DNA from: a virus
Length of the DNA: 64,000 bases
IMG/VR virus record: IMGVR_UViG_3300034418_010679
Location: 6,539 to 70,538 of that record
Reading direction: 5' to 3' (one strand)
Part shown: positions 48,329-57,488 of the stretch, in pieces
Position numbering within the stretch: position 1 is the stretch's first letter
How the letters are laid out: each line of letters opens with the position of its first letter
Program-made: the position numbers and the translations under genes
Notes under the pieces: generated by a model
What the model was told of the DNA's origin: nothing
Seen by the model: the letters and a program-made list of their open reading frames with translations, nothing else
Databases searched by the model: none

Positions 48329-48625
48329 CTACTCATCTTCCTCCCCGTTGTCGTTGAGGTTATCGTAGATAGCATCAATGTCTGCTGATGAGATAGTTTC
48401 AGTTTGTTTACTAGTCTTCGCCATAAGTGAAGCAACCTTTACTAGCTGTTCGTTGGAACGCTGTAAGGTTTCTAGGTACTTGGCTACAACAAGACCTTGA
48501 CGACCGTGGTCTGCCCTTCCTTGATGAATATCTTGGCTTATTTCATCAAGAGCAGTGTTGGTCGCCTCTCGGTCAAGTCTAATGTTTTTTATTGCTTCTT
48601 CAAGAAGTTCTTCATATTTCGCCAT
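48329..48625 (-). CDS. Hypothetical helical protein
   Basis: 98 aa with AKYLETLQRSNEQLVK. Overlaps the sigma-factor stop. Confidence 0.7.
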   Translation of the reverse strand: MAKYEELLEEAIKNIRLDREATNTALDEISQDIHQGRADHGRQGLVVAKYLETLQRSNEQLVKVASLMAKTSKQTETISSADIDAIYDNLNDNGEEDE

Positions 48626-49289
48626 CGTTCCAATCAGACCTAAAGCCTCTATACCTCACTTTGAGCTTTGTGAGGACAGTTGCGATTTGTTTTGTGTTCA
48701 AATCGGTGATCTCCCTCATGTAAAGATAAATAGCTTTTTTATTGAAAATTTCTATTTGGTCAGAGTGCTCAAACAGCACTTTGATAGCGTTGATGACTTT
48801 TACTTCGTTTTCTTTCTCGGCTGCTTCATACCATTCATCGATGTTCTCGCGAAGATGGGCGAAGAACTCGGTACGGTTTCTTTCGTGCTCGTATGGTATG
48901 TGGTCGGTAAGGGGGTGTTCTAAGTTCTTTGAGTCGTCAATAGGAGTCTCAGTTTTTAGACGCTTGGTTGTTTTCTTTACTTTGTGGATAAACCAGTTCT
49001 TGGTAACGACTGAAAAGTAAGAGAAAGCTTTGGAGCCTTTGTCGGGGTCATACTTGTCGAGAATAGTGACCAACCAAGCTTTACATTCTTCACGGAGGTA
49101 ATCGATGTTTGGAAGAGTTGTGAACTTGTATGTGTAAATAATTTTATCAACAAGCTCGTCGAACGCAGGATGAATAAACTCGATGTAGAGTTTTTCTTTT
49201 GTGTAGCGGTCTTTTGTTTTACAGTATTTAACTATAGCGTCCTCATGGACTTTTGTAAAATACTTTCTTTTAGTTCTCTTCTTCGGCAT
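48612..49289 (-). CDS. Phage sigma factor for late transcription, T4 gp55-like
   Basis: Region-2-like segment KYDPDKGSKAFSYFSVVTKNWFI, plus YKFT. Confidence 0.8.
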   Translation of the reverse strand: MPKKRTKRKYFTKVHEDAIVKYCKTKDRYTKEKLYIEFIHPAFDELVDKIIYTYKFTTLPNIDYLREECKAWLVTILDKYDPDKGSKAFSYFSVVTKNWFIHKVKKTTKRLKTETPIDDSKNLEHPLTDHIPYEHERNRTEFFAHLRENIDEWYEAAEKENEVKVINAIKVLFEHSDQIEIFNKKAIYLYMREITDLNTKQIATVLTKLKVRYRGFRSDWNDGEI

Positions 49290-49560
49290 CGCCTGCTATC
49301 TCCTCTTGTATTCTTGCCACGTCTTTTAAGGTCTCGCTAAGAACTGTTGTGGCTGTGACAAGGTTTTGTATAATAGGGTCGCCGTAGTATGTTTCGCTAG
49401 CGTTGACAGTATTTACAAGCTCGTCAAAATCATCGACCTGTTCTCGCAGGTCGGAAATTCTTGCCTGAATATTGTTAAGGGTTTCGGCAAAGTTATAACA
49501 AAGGTATGACAGTGCTGCTGTCGTAGAAACAAAAATAACTACTAGTGTCCATTCAAGCAT
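49270..49560 (-). CDS. Hypothetical membrane-anchored coiled-coil protein
   Basis: N-terminal TM and YYGDPIIQNL motif. Confidence 0.65.
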   Translation of the reverse strand: MLEWTLVVIFVSTTAALSYLCYNFAETLNNIQARISDLREQVDDFDELVNTVNASETYYGDPIIQNLVTATTVLSETLKDVARIQEEIAGDAEEEN

Positions 49561-49816
49561 TTGGGTCAAACTCCTTTGTTCTTGCTTCTTCTTGCATTTG
49601 TTTTAAAACCTCTCGGTTTTCTTCGATGCCCTCTTTCGTTGCTTCGCCCACTTTTTTGTCGCCTCTTTGTTCTGTCTTCATTGTGGTGAAGTGACTAGGA
49701 ATGCGAAAAACAAAGGGCGAGTCGCACTCTTCGCACTTGGTGACTATCTCTGACATAGAGTGCCACTCGTCCCAGTTTCTCAAACAAGTGTTACAGCGAT
49801 AAGAATATTTAGGCAT
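49553..49816 (-). CDS. FmdB-family zinc-ribbon protein
   Basis: MPKYSYRCNTC...CEECDS. True start at 49816. Confidence 0.85.
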   Translation of the reverse strand: MPKYSYRCNTCLRNWDEWHSMSEIVTKCEECDSPFVFRIPSHFTTMKTEQRGDKKVGEATKEGIEENREVLKQMQEEARTKEFDPNA

Positions 49817-50165
49817 CTGTTCTTCCATAGTCGTCTGAAAGACGAACAACGTCGTCAAGCTCGGGAGTAGAAACCTCAAAAAGCTCTACGGGCGAATCGT
49901 CAGGTGCTGTAAACCTGTGAATTGTGTTTGGAATAATTCTCCAAGACTGCCCTTCTTTGAGTTTCATAATATTGCTTTCAAGGTCATTTCTTGAAAGGTC
50001 CAAGTGTAAAACACCCTTTGAAACGAATACTGTCTCGTCTTTCTTGACATGAAATTGTCTTGAAAGACGCTGACCTTCGTTAATCCAAAGACGTTTCATT
50101 ACATACTTTTGTGTATGAACGATAATTTCTTCATGTCCCCAGGGTTTTTCTACGATTTTATGCAT
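49809..50165 (-). CDS. Cupin, mannose-6-phosphate isomerase (type II C-terminal)-like
   Basis: EKPWG, LSRQFHVKKDET, IHRF and EVSTPELDDVVRLSDDYGR. Confidence 0.85.
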   Translation of the reverse strand: MHKIVEKPWGHEEIIVHTQKYVMKRLWINEGQRLSRQFHVKKDETVFVSKGVLHLDLSRNDLESNIMKLKEGQSWRIIPNTIHRFTAPDDSPVELFEVSTPELDDVVRLSDDYGRTDA

Positions 50166-50334
50166 CGTCTTCCTCTGGTGCTTCTACTGTGGGTGGATTA
50201 ATAACAACAAGATTATCGTCATTATCAAATGCCAACATAAAGCCGCGAAGAATAGCTGTAATATCTTCTTGGTTCATAATTGCCTTTTGTAGTGCCATCA
50301 TAATTGCTCCGACAGCCTGATCTGATAAATTCAT
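50158..50334 (-). CDS. 58-aa hypothetical protein (missed by ORF track)
   Basis: MNLSDQAVGAIMMALQKAIMNQEDITAILRGFMLAFDNDDNLVVINPPTVEAPEEDDA. TAATG coupling upstream and overlap with the cupin start. Confidence 0.7.
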   Translation of the reverse strand: MNLSDQAVGAIMMALQKAIMNQEDITAILRGFMLAFDNDDNLVVINPPTVEAPEEDDA

Positions 50335-51257
50335 TACATAACTCCATTATTATTTCTATATTTTGAGCGCCCAGCGCCGTTCATGTATCTTTTTAGTTCG
50401 CTAAAGCAGTGGCTTATTCCAGCATCAATTTTTACTTGGGCTGTCCATCCAAGTTCAGCAAGGGCAAAGATGTTTGCTTTTGTTAAAAGAACATCTCCCT
50501 TGCGAGCAGGACGCTTTTCAAACTCTACTTTTGGAAAATGTTCTTTGATAATTTTTATTATCTCGTTTAGAGAAATGTTTTCCCCAGTTCCAACATCATA
50601 AACATTACCGTTGAATGGTTTCCCGTAATTCATTGCAAAGATATTTGCAGATACAACGTCTGTAACATGAACCATATCTCGTCGGTTTTTTCCATCCCCG
50701 TTCAAAAACGGAGTTTTGCCATTTTTTATATGGCTCATCCAATTTGCTATAGCTGTGGCATAACTGTCATTTGCCTGTTGGTCTTCTGAATATACATTAA
50801 AGTATCTTAAACTAACAGTATCTAAACCGTAGACTTTTGACCACAACTTGCATTCCATTTCCGAATACAGCTTTTGCAAAGCATAGGGGCTAACTGGTCC
50901 TTCTCCGTCGCCCACAACAGATGAAGAACTAGAAAAAATAACACGCTTGGCTCCTACGGAGCGAGCAAAATTCAACACATTTGTTGTTGATATAATATTG
51001 TTTTTTGTTGTCTCTACGGGGTTCTCAACACTATACAAGACTCTGGGAATACACGCCATGTGAAAAATGTATTCTGGTTTAAAGTTGAGGTAAAAAGGGT
51101 GAAATGACCGTCCATCAACACCGTGGTGAAGATCCTTGTTTATATCATGCCCATCCTGTAAATCAATACCTAAAACCTCATGCCCTTGTTTTTTCAGTTC
51201 AGAAAAAAGACGGCTACCTATGTAACCCTTGTGTCCTGTAACTAAACACCTAGCCAT
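50334..51257 (-). CDS. NAD-dependent nucleotide-sugar epimerase/dehydratase
   Basis: LVTGHKGYIG, FSSSSSV, YALQK (YxxxK), LRYFNVY and RDMVHV. Confidence 0.9.
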   Translation of the reverse strand: MARCLVTGHKGYIGSRLFSELKKQGHEVLGIDLQDGHDINKDLHHGVDGRSFHPFYLNFKPEYIFHMACIPRVLYSVENPVETTKNNIISTTNVLNFARSVGAKRVIFSSSSSVVGDGEGPVSPYALQKLYSEMECKLWSKVYGLDTVSLRYFNVYSEDQQANDSYATAIANWMSHIKNGKTPFLNGDGKNRRDMVHVTDVVSANIFAMNYGKPFNGNVYDVGTGENISLNEIIKIIKEHFPKVEFEKRPARKGDVLLTKANIFALAELGWTAQVKIDAGISHCFSELKRYMNGAGRSKYRNNNGVM

Positions 51258-52249
51258 TATTTCCACCCCTTTTGTGTTACTATTGAATTAAAATCACATT
51301 GATACATATCTCTTGCCAAAGATGAAAAATTATATTTTGGCTCCCAACCCAAGACCCTTCTAGCTTTTGAGCTATCACCAAGTAGATATGGCACTTCATG
51401 TGGTCTTAGGTATTTCTTGTTAATTTTTAAATGTCGCGCTGGGTCACCAAGGTCGGCTGCTTCCCACACCTCATCTAAAAATTCTCTTACTGAATGTGTT
51501 TCCCCGGTTGCAATAACATAGTCATCTGGTATATCTTGCTGGAGCATTAACCACATTGCCTCAACATAGTCTTTTGCGTGACCCCAATCTCTTTTTGCGT
51601 CGAGATTTCCTAGTTCAACATACTCTTGATGACCAAGCCTGATGTTTGCTGCTGCTAATGTAATTTTTCTTGTTACAAAGGTTTCTCCACGTCTTGGCGA
51701 TTCGTGGTTAAATAGAATACCGCTGGAAACGTGAAGACTGTATGATGTGCGATAGTTGCGGACTAGGTTATGTGCAAATACTTTGGCACAAGCGTATGGT
51801 GAAGCTGGCATTAGACGAGAATTTTCATCGTATCCAGCCTCTGGGACGTTTGGGTTGTCGCCGTACATCTCAGATGAACTTGCTTGGTAGAAGCGACATT
51901 TTGGATGAACATTTCTTATTGCTTCAAGAATGCGAAGAGTGCCATTAGCTATTCCAAGAACTGTATCCTCTGGCACATCAAAAGAAACTCTAACATGAGA
52001 TTGCGCTGCTAGGTTATAAAATTCATCAGGTCTATACTTTAATAGTAGTCTATATGTTGCAGAAGCATCATTTAAATCCCAGTATTCCATTGTAAAACTT
52101 GGATTGTTATAAAAACTGTTAACCCTCTCGGTACAGATAAGAGATGTTCTTCTTTTTAGTCCAACAACAAAATAACCTTTACGCAACAAAAGTTCTGCCA
52201 AGTATGAGCCATCTTGTCCTGTAATTCCACTAACAAATGCGGTTTTCAC
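51257..52249 (-). CDS. gmd: GDP-mannose 4,6-dehydratase
   Basis: GITGQDGSYLAELLL, NLAAQSHV, YQASSSEMYG, FNHESPRRGETFVTRKIT and GNLDAKRDWGHA. Confidence 0.97.
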   Translation of the reverse strand: MKTAFVSGITGQDGSYLAELLLRKGYFVVGLKRRTSLICTERVNSFYNNPSFTMEYWDLNDASATYRLLLKYRPDEFYNLAAQSHVRVSFDVPEDTVLGIANGTLRILEAIRNVHPKCRFYQASSSEMYGDNPNVPEAGYDENSRLMPASPYACAKVFAHNLVRNYRTSYSLHVSSGILFNHESPRRGETFVTRKITLAAANIRLGHQEYVELGNLDAKRDWGHAKDYVEAMWLMLQQDIPDDYVIATGETHSVREFLDEVWEAADLGDPARHLKINKKYLRPHEVPYLLGDSSKARRVLGWEPKYNFSSLARDMYQCDFNSIVTQKGWK

Positions 52250-53157
52250 TTTATTCCTCTAACGTTTGGATAACTTATTATAAACCAATCGCAAGTCTTT
52301 TTTAAACCTTCTTTTAGTGATGTATAGTATTCTTTTTTCCACCCTAAGTCAAGTAATTTTTGGTTTGAGCTTGGCTTTCTGTGTTGTCCAGATGGTTGGT
52401 CTGTTTGCCACTCTAACTCACCATCATATCCTAGAATATCACATATCATCTCCACGACTTCTTTGATGGAATATTCATCTGTGTTGCCAATATTGATTGG
52501 CTCTGGCTCATCGTAGTTTTCCATAAGGAATAGAAGAATACGTGCGATATCTTCTGAATAAGTGAACTCACGAAGTGGTGAACCATCACCCCAGCAGAAT
52601 ACAGAAGGCTCTTTATTTATTTTTGCCTCCCAGACTTTGCGGATAAGAGCGGGGATGACGTGACTGTTTTCTAAGTCAAAGTTATCATTCTCGCCATATA
52701 GGTTGTTTGGAATGGCTGTGATAAAGTTACAGCCGTATTGTTGTCTGTATGCCCTGGACATAACATCTACCATTCTTTTGGCATAAGCATAGCCAAAGTT
52801 GGAATGGTGTGGTGGTCCAAGGTGTAGCTGGTCTTCTGTGAGTGGATAAGTTACATAAGGTGCGTCTGGATAGACGCAGGTTGATAAGAGGGAGAGAACC
52901 TTGTTTGCTCCGCGATGATGTGCGTCGTGAAGTATTTTTTGGTTTATGTTTGAGTTCTCGTAATAGAACTGCGCCATTTCCTCTGTGTTTGCTTTGACAC
53001 CACCAACTTTGGCTGCGAGGTGAATAATACCTTTGTCTTGGGGGTCAAACAGCAGGTTGTGGAACTGTTCTCTGTTTGGATATTCTGCTTCTGGTAGGAC
53101 TCTCTTAAATGCAGAGCCTACCATCCCTGTGCCGCCTGTAATGATTGTTTTTCTCAT
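52246..53157 (-). CDS. fcl: GDP-L-fucose synthase
   Basis: GGTGMVGS, HLAAKVGG, STCVYP, YAYAKR, PNNLYGENDNF, SHVIPALIRK and WGDGSPLREF. Confidence 0.95.
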   Translation of the reverse strand: MRKTIITGGTGMVGSAFKRVLPEAEYPNREQFHNLLFDPQDKGIIHLAAKVGGVKANTEEMAQFYYENSNINQKILHDAHHRGANKVLSLLSTCVYPDAPYVTYPLTEDQLHLGPPHHSNFGYAYAKRMVDVMSRAYRQQYGCNFITAIPNNLYGENDNFDLENSHVIPALIRKVWEAKINKEPSVFCWGDGSPLREFTYSEDIARILLFLMENYDEPEPINIGNTDEYSIKEVVEMICDILGYDGELEWQTDQPSGQHRKPSSNQKLLDLGWKKEYYTSLKEGLKKTCDWFIISYPNVRGIK

Positions 53158-53158
53158 T

Positions 53159-53983
53159 CTAGCCCCATTTAAACCACTCTTTTAAGGGAACTTGGCTTAA
53201 ATTTTTATTCGATGTTCCCTTCCACGGTCGCCAAGGTCCATAAACACCAACCTTTTTAGCATCGCTCAAAAACGCTGCCCACCAAGAGAGTGTTCCATGT
53301 TCAAACAGTATATTATCACAACTACGAATAAAATTAAAGTCCTCAAGAACATTTTGCTTTTTACAAACTGGGTTATATTCTGAAAGGGTTTGGTAAAGAG
53401 AATTAAAATACTCAACCGACTCTACGAGTGACACTCTTTCGTTGTCAGCCACCTTTGTATGAAACTCAAAAGAAGACAACTCTTCAGGTGTTATTTGTTT
53501 CCAAACTGGAAAATCTGTTACAACATGCATTTCGTCGAAGTCAAACTTTTCAACAGCATCCTTGTATGCTATTGCAGTTGGTTTTGTATAGAACTCATTC
53601 TTCATAAAAAGACGGTCGCCGGTCCTTAAATGAACGGCAAGTGTTCTCTTTTTTTCTTTTACCGGGGGGAACCAGCCTTTTATTTTTTCCCTATTGGCAA
53701 TAAAGTACCTGTAATCTTCAAAGTATCCAGATAGCAAAACATGGCTGTTCTTTGTGTCCAGTGAAAAAGCAGAAACATACTCGTTATCGTGGAGTCGGTG
53801 CGAAAAAGATGGAGGCTTCTCACAAAAAACAAAGCCAAGTTTTTGAAGGTGTTCTTTGCCGTAATAATTGGGAAAGGGTTGTACCAAATGTACGCTATCT
53901 TTTTTGTATTCTGCTAAGACCTTACCGGCGAGGGCTTGAAATAGGTTATTGCCAAACCCATTTGTAAGTTGAACGTATATCAT
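53159..53983 (-). CDS. Alpha-1,2-fucosyltransferase (GT11)
   Basis: GFGNNLFQ, GYFE, VHLRTGD and TLSWWAAFL. Adjacent to fcl/gmd. Confidence 0.85.
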   Translation of the reverse strand: MIYVQLTNGFGNNLFQALAGKVLAEYKKDSVHLVQPFPNYYGKEHLQKLGFVFCEKPPSFSHRLHDNEYVSAFSLDTKNSHVLLSGYFEDYRYFIANREKIKGWFPPVKEKKRTLAVHLRTGDRLFMKNEFYTKPTAIAYKDAVEKFDFDEMHVVTDFPVWKQITPEELSSFEFHTKVADNERVSLVESVEYFNSLYQTLSEYNPVCKKQNVLEDFNFIRSCDNILFEHGTLSWWAAFLSDAKKVGVYGPWRPWKGTSNKNLSQVPLKEWFKWG

Positions 53984-54783
53984 CTTGGCTCTACCTGTTC
54001 TACCAGTTTGCCTTGGTAGTCTATTAACTTTTGTGTTTTATCTCTGTGTGGGAAATCTTTTATTGGTTTTGTTTTGTCAAACTCGGTAAATGGACGACAT
54101 ATGTCGGTTATGTATCTAACATCAACGCCTTGACTATTAAGCCAACCCTCCCAAGCATGTTCGGTGCATTCAAAATTATTGTCCGTTCTAGTTGGGTCTT
54201 CACCCTCCAAATATTTGTAGGCGCAATATTTTTCAAACACCTCCGGTGTTCCCAGCGCAAAAAAGCACAAGTCCCTGTGTCCAGAAGGTGTAAACCGAGT
54301 GCTATAAATAATATTTTCGTTTAGCTCTATATTGTTTCCAGAGATAACCACTTTTTTTGGATACATAGAGTTGTCTGGTCTACTACGAATAATCAGGTCG
54401 TACTTAAAGTTGTTTTGCCTAGCATACTCCTTAGCCATGGCAAAGCCTTTGCCAATATTATCTATTTGATTTTGCATTCTTGTTCTAAAATACCCAAGTG
54501 TCCCAAAATTTCCATCAGGAAGCTTTTCATGTTCATCAACAACAAGTGCTTTTAGATTGTCTCCATAGATATTTGGAACATCTTGTTCTATCTGCTCCTT
54601 TGTATAGGCTGTGGTAGTGTTATACTTTTGTTGTAAACTTTTACCACAAGAGTGCATTGTGTTTGTGGTTGTAGCATACACAAACACATCGGCATTATTG
54701 GGTTCTATAAGGTGTTTTATTTGATTGAGGGCATTAATTTTATAGTCTCTCATTTGTCCAGTTATTAAAACAGCGACTTTCAT
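53980..54783 (-). CDS. Putative glycosyltransferase-like protein
   Basis: KVAVLITGQMR...DVFV...YDLIIRSRPD pattern, common in viral glycan loci. Confidence 0.55.
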   Translation of the reverse strand: MKVAVLITGQMRDYKINALNQIKHLIEPNNADVFVYATTTNTMHSCGKSLQQKYNTTTAYTKEQIEQDVPNIYGDNLKALVVDEHEKLPDGNFGTLGYFRTRMQNQIDNIGKGFAMAKEYARQNNFKYDLIIRSRPDNSMYPKKVVISGNNIELNENIIYSTRFTPSGHRDLCFFALGTPEVFEKYCAYKYLEGEDPTRTDNNFECTEHAWEGWLNSQGVDVRYITDICRPFTEFDKTKPIKDFPHRDKTQKLIDYQGKLVEQVEPR

Positions 54784-55640
54784 TTTTGCTCCATATATTC
54801 TGGTTTTACATTATCTCTGCAAGATTTGCAAAAACCCTCTTTAGGACCATCTTCTTTATGGTGTTCGCGCCAGGGCTTGTATTTGTCGCTCATAAAGATG
54901 TCCCACAGTTTTTGCTCCCTAATATTACCCATAACCCCTGACTCCTGCCCAGGAACGTCGGAACGCATAGCACAACATACCGTAACATGTCCATTGTAGT
55001 CGATATACATGTTATGAAATGGCTGTAAGCATCTCTGAGTTCTAACATAGTCTGATGCGATATCCACTGTTTCGCCCCTGGAGGAGCCATCTAGCTCAAA
55101 GTTTCTCGATCTTATGTGGATTGTCATACCTCTGTGTGACAAGTCATATTCTAATTTACACCCAGGTATATCGGTTATAACCTTGGCAGGGAGACCTAAC
55201 TTTTTTATTCTTTTCTCTGCGCGGCGGCGCATTCTTTCGTGGTCATATTTTTCGTTATTTCCAAGATATTGTTGTATCCACAATTGGTCAAATCCAATAT
55301 CGCACAACTCTTCAATATATTCTCTTGTCACGTAATCGCCGTTTGAATTTGTTCTAAGAATAGCATTTGGCAACATTTCCCTAGCTTGACGGACTCGCTT
55401 TAAAAACAAATCTTTGTGCGAAAGAGGTTCGTTGTACCTACTATAAGTTAACTCTCCCGAAAAATCAATTTCCTGAAGTTGCTCTAAAAGACTTAGGTAT
55501 TCTTGCTCTGGCATCTCTTTGTTAGTAGACATTCTATCGATAAACGAGTTTGGGCAGAACCAACACTTTCGGTTACAATAAGAAAATATCTCTATTTCTA
55601 TTAGTCTAAGAGCTTCTTTGAAATGTCGTTTGTTGTTCAT
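54780..55640 (-). CDS. Radical SAM protein with SPASM/Twitch domain
   Basis: CNRKCWFC (CxxxCxxC), YNEPL, SNGD and C-terminal CLQPF..G.VTVCC..GN....CKSC. Start at 55640 (ATGA overlap). Confidence 0.9.
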   Translation of the reverse strand: MNNKRHFKEALRLIEIEIFSYCNRKCWFCPNSFIDRMSTNKEMPEQEYLSLLEQLQEIDFSGELTYSRYNEPLSHKDLFLKRVRQAREMLPNAILRTNSNGDYVTREYIEELCDIGFDQLWIQQYLGNNEKYDHERMRRRAEKRIKKLGLPAKVITDIPGCKLEYDLSHRGMTIHIRSRNFELDGSSRGETVDIASDYVRTQRCLQPFHNMYIDYNGHVTVCCAMRSDVPGQESGVMGNIREQKLWDIFMSDKYKPWREHHKEDGPKEGFCKSCRDNVKPEYMEQK

Positions 55641-56575
55641 AAAATGCCTTGTATTGTTCCAACCAGTTGTTTTGCTCGGTTTTCCCAAGTGTGATTAGTT
55701 AAAAAATCTTGTGTAGCAGTTGTGGTTATTTTGGAAACTTCAATAGGATTGTTTTTTATCCATTTTACCACATCAGCAAAGTTATTTAAATCTGGATCAA
55801 ATTGAACACAGTTTATCCCATCCGTAAAAATATGTTCATACTCTCTTTCGACCCTTTGGCATAACAATAGAGTGTTAGACGCTGCCACTTCATAGTATCT
55901 AGGGGTGATATCACCAAATGCAGCAGCAGTAGCAATCCAAGCATTGGATGAATTAATGACTTTTGCGTATTGCTCATAACTTGGTATTCTTGATGGTCTA
56001 TCATCGGATGAATACCAAAATACGTCTAAATTGTCTTCTTGTTGCAAAGCCTCGCCTATTTTGGTTCTTAGGTCTTTTGTTTTAAACGCTCCGGTTGGAT
56101 AATGTTTGTTTTCATGCAGCGCGCCGCTAAAACCAATATCATATTTTTTTTCTATTTGACGACTCTTAAATATCTCTGGATCGAACCCATATGGAAATAA
56201 CTCCGTCTTTATGCCTGTCGCCTTTTCGTATTTTTTATATTGTGGTATTGGGGTCAAAATACGATTAATGTTATTATAGATACAAAACTTTAATTTATCT
56301 CTCAGATTGTTTTGTGGCTTAAACAAAATACAAACAGAAGGGACGTTTAGATTCTTTACAATTCCAAAATAGCCGTGGTTAAACCACCCAAGACCAAATA
56401 CAACAACATCTGGCTGAAAGTTTATTTTTGAGGTGTAAGCTTGAAAATCAAAAACTGGTTCTCTACATAAGTGAACTTGGGATATCCTTATGAGTTCGTC
56501 ATAAACACCATCATAATATTTGTAGTTTTGTGACGTTGCAGTCTTTATAGTGGGGTCAAGGTAAAGTATTTTCAT
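55637..56575 (-). CDS. Glycosyltransferase, GT-B fold (CgeB/Glyco_trans_1_2-like)
   Basis: YDIGFSG, PRYYEVAAS and HTWENRA. Confidence 0.8.
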   Translation of the reverse strand: MKILYLDPTIKTATSQNYKYYDGVYDELIRISQVHLCREPVFDFQAYTSKINFQPDVVVFGLGWFNHGYFGIVKNLNVPSVCILFKPQNNLRDKLKFCIYNNINRILTPIPQYKKYEKATGIKTELFPYGFDPEIFKSRQIEKKYDIGFSGALHENKHYPTGAFKTKDLRTKIGEALQQEDNLDVFWYSSDDRPSRIPSYEQYAKVINSSNAWIATAAAFGDITPRYYEVAASNTLLLCQRVEREYEHIFTDGINCVQFDPDLNNFADVVKWIKNNPIEVSKITTTATQDFLTNHTWENRAKQLVGTIQGIL

Positions 56576-57471
56576 TTTGTCAAGTCCTTCACCCCAGGCG
56601 CAATATCTTGTAAATGACGAAACTTGCCCTGGTTGTGAACACCGCTGTCAACCAAATTAAAGTCATATATCTCATCTTGAATCATGTGGACAAACAAAGA
56701 GATAATTTCATTGTCTCCCCAGCGGTACTTGTATATGCCACCAGATTTATTAACAAAACCTATCCATTCCTTCCACAGTTGGCTTTTGAACATTTTTGTA
56801 TCTATGACATATGTGTCACACCAATCTAATAGGTGAAAGTTATTATTGGCTGCTGGGTCTGTTAATAAGGAAGCCAGCTTTTCATTCTTCGGGGTCAGGT
56901 TTTTTAGTTCCAGAAACCTCTTTGTTAGCTGCCATAAGCCTACTCTGGTATCTAAGTGTCCTTGGTGTGGTCTACCATTTTTCAACCTTTGACCTGTCTT
57001 GTAGGCACCAAAAAGTTTATTTTGTTCCCTCAATATTGAGAACGGGTTTATATCAACCTTGCTATCATACCCAGACTCGTCATCATGTGTTAGGATAAAA
57101 TCATACTGAGTTAAGTTAGTATCAGGATATCCATACATGTTGCTTGTAAAATTACACATGTGTAGATATCCCTTTCTATTAATGGGAAAGCTAGTTCTGG
57201 CATACCACAACTCTTTTCTGTTATAGAAAAGTTCTTCTTCTCTTATATTCTCCGGTGTTTTATAGGGGACAGAAATAAAACGAACATCTTGTGAGTTGTC
57301 CTCTCTTATTTCTTGTCTAAAACTTTCATCATCATATATGTCATCAAAATAATGAACATACACGGGATATCTATGTTTGTGATTAAAGTTATCCCAAAGT
57401 GATTTAAGGGAATGCCTAATACACTTTTTTCTTGAAGAAATATAAACTATACAAGCATTTTGTTCTTTCAT
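56572..57471 (-). CDS. GT15-like (Kre2/Ktr-type) alpha-mannosyltransferase
   Basis: SLWDNFNHKHRYPV, GYLHMCNF, DDE and GGIYKYRWGD. Confidence 0.75.
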   Translation of the reverse strand: MKEQNACIVYISSRKKCIRHSLKSLWDNFNHKHRYPVYVHYFDDIYDDESFRQEIREDNSQDVRFISVPYKTPENIREEELFYNRKELWYARTSFPINRKGYLHMCNFTSNMYGYPDTNLTQYDFILTHDDESGYDSKVDINPFSILREQNKLFGAYKTGQRLKNGRPHQGHLDTRVGLWQLTKRFLELKNLTPKNEKLASLLTDPAANNNFHLLDWCDTYVIDTKMFKSQLWKEWIGFVNKSGGIYKYRWGDNEIISLFVHMIQDEIYDFNLVDSGVHNQGKFRHLQDIAPGVKDLTK

Positions 57472-57488
57472 TTTTGCCTCTGGCTGGT

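Noticed and set aside
48329-48625. Small terminase assignment
   Set aside because: Size and helicity fit, but there is no recognisable motif and it is far from TerL. Left as hypothetical.
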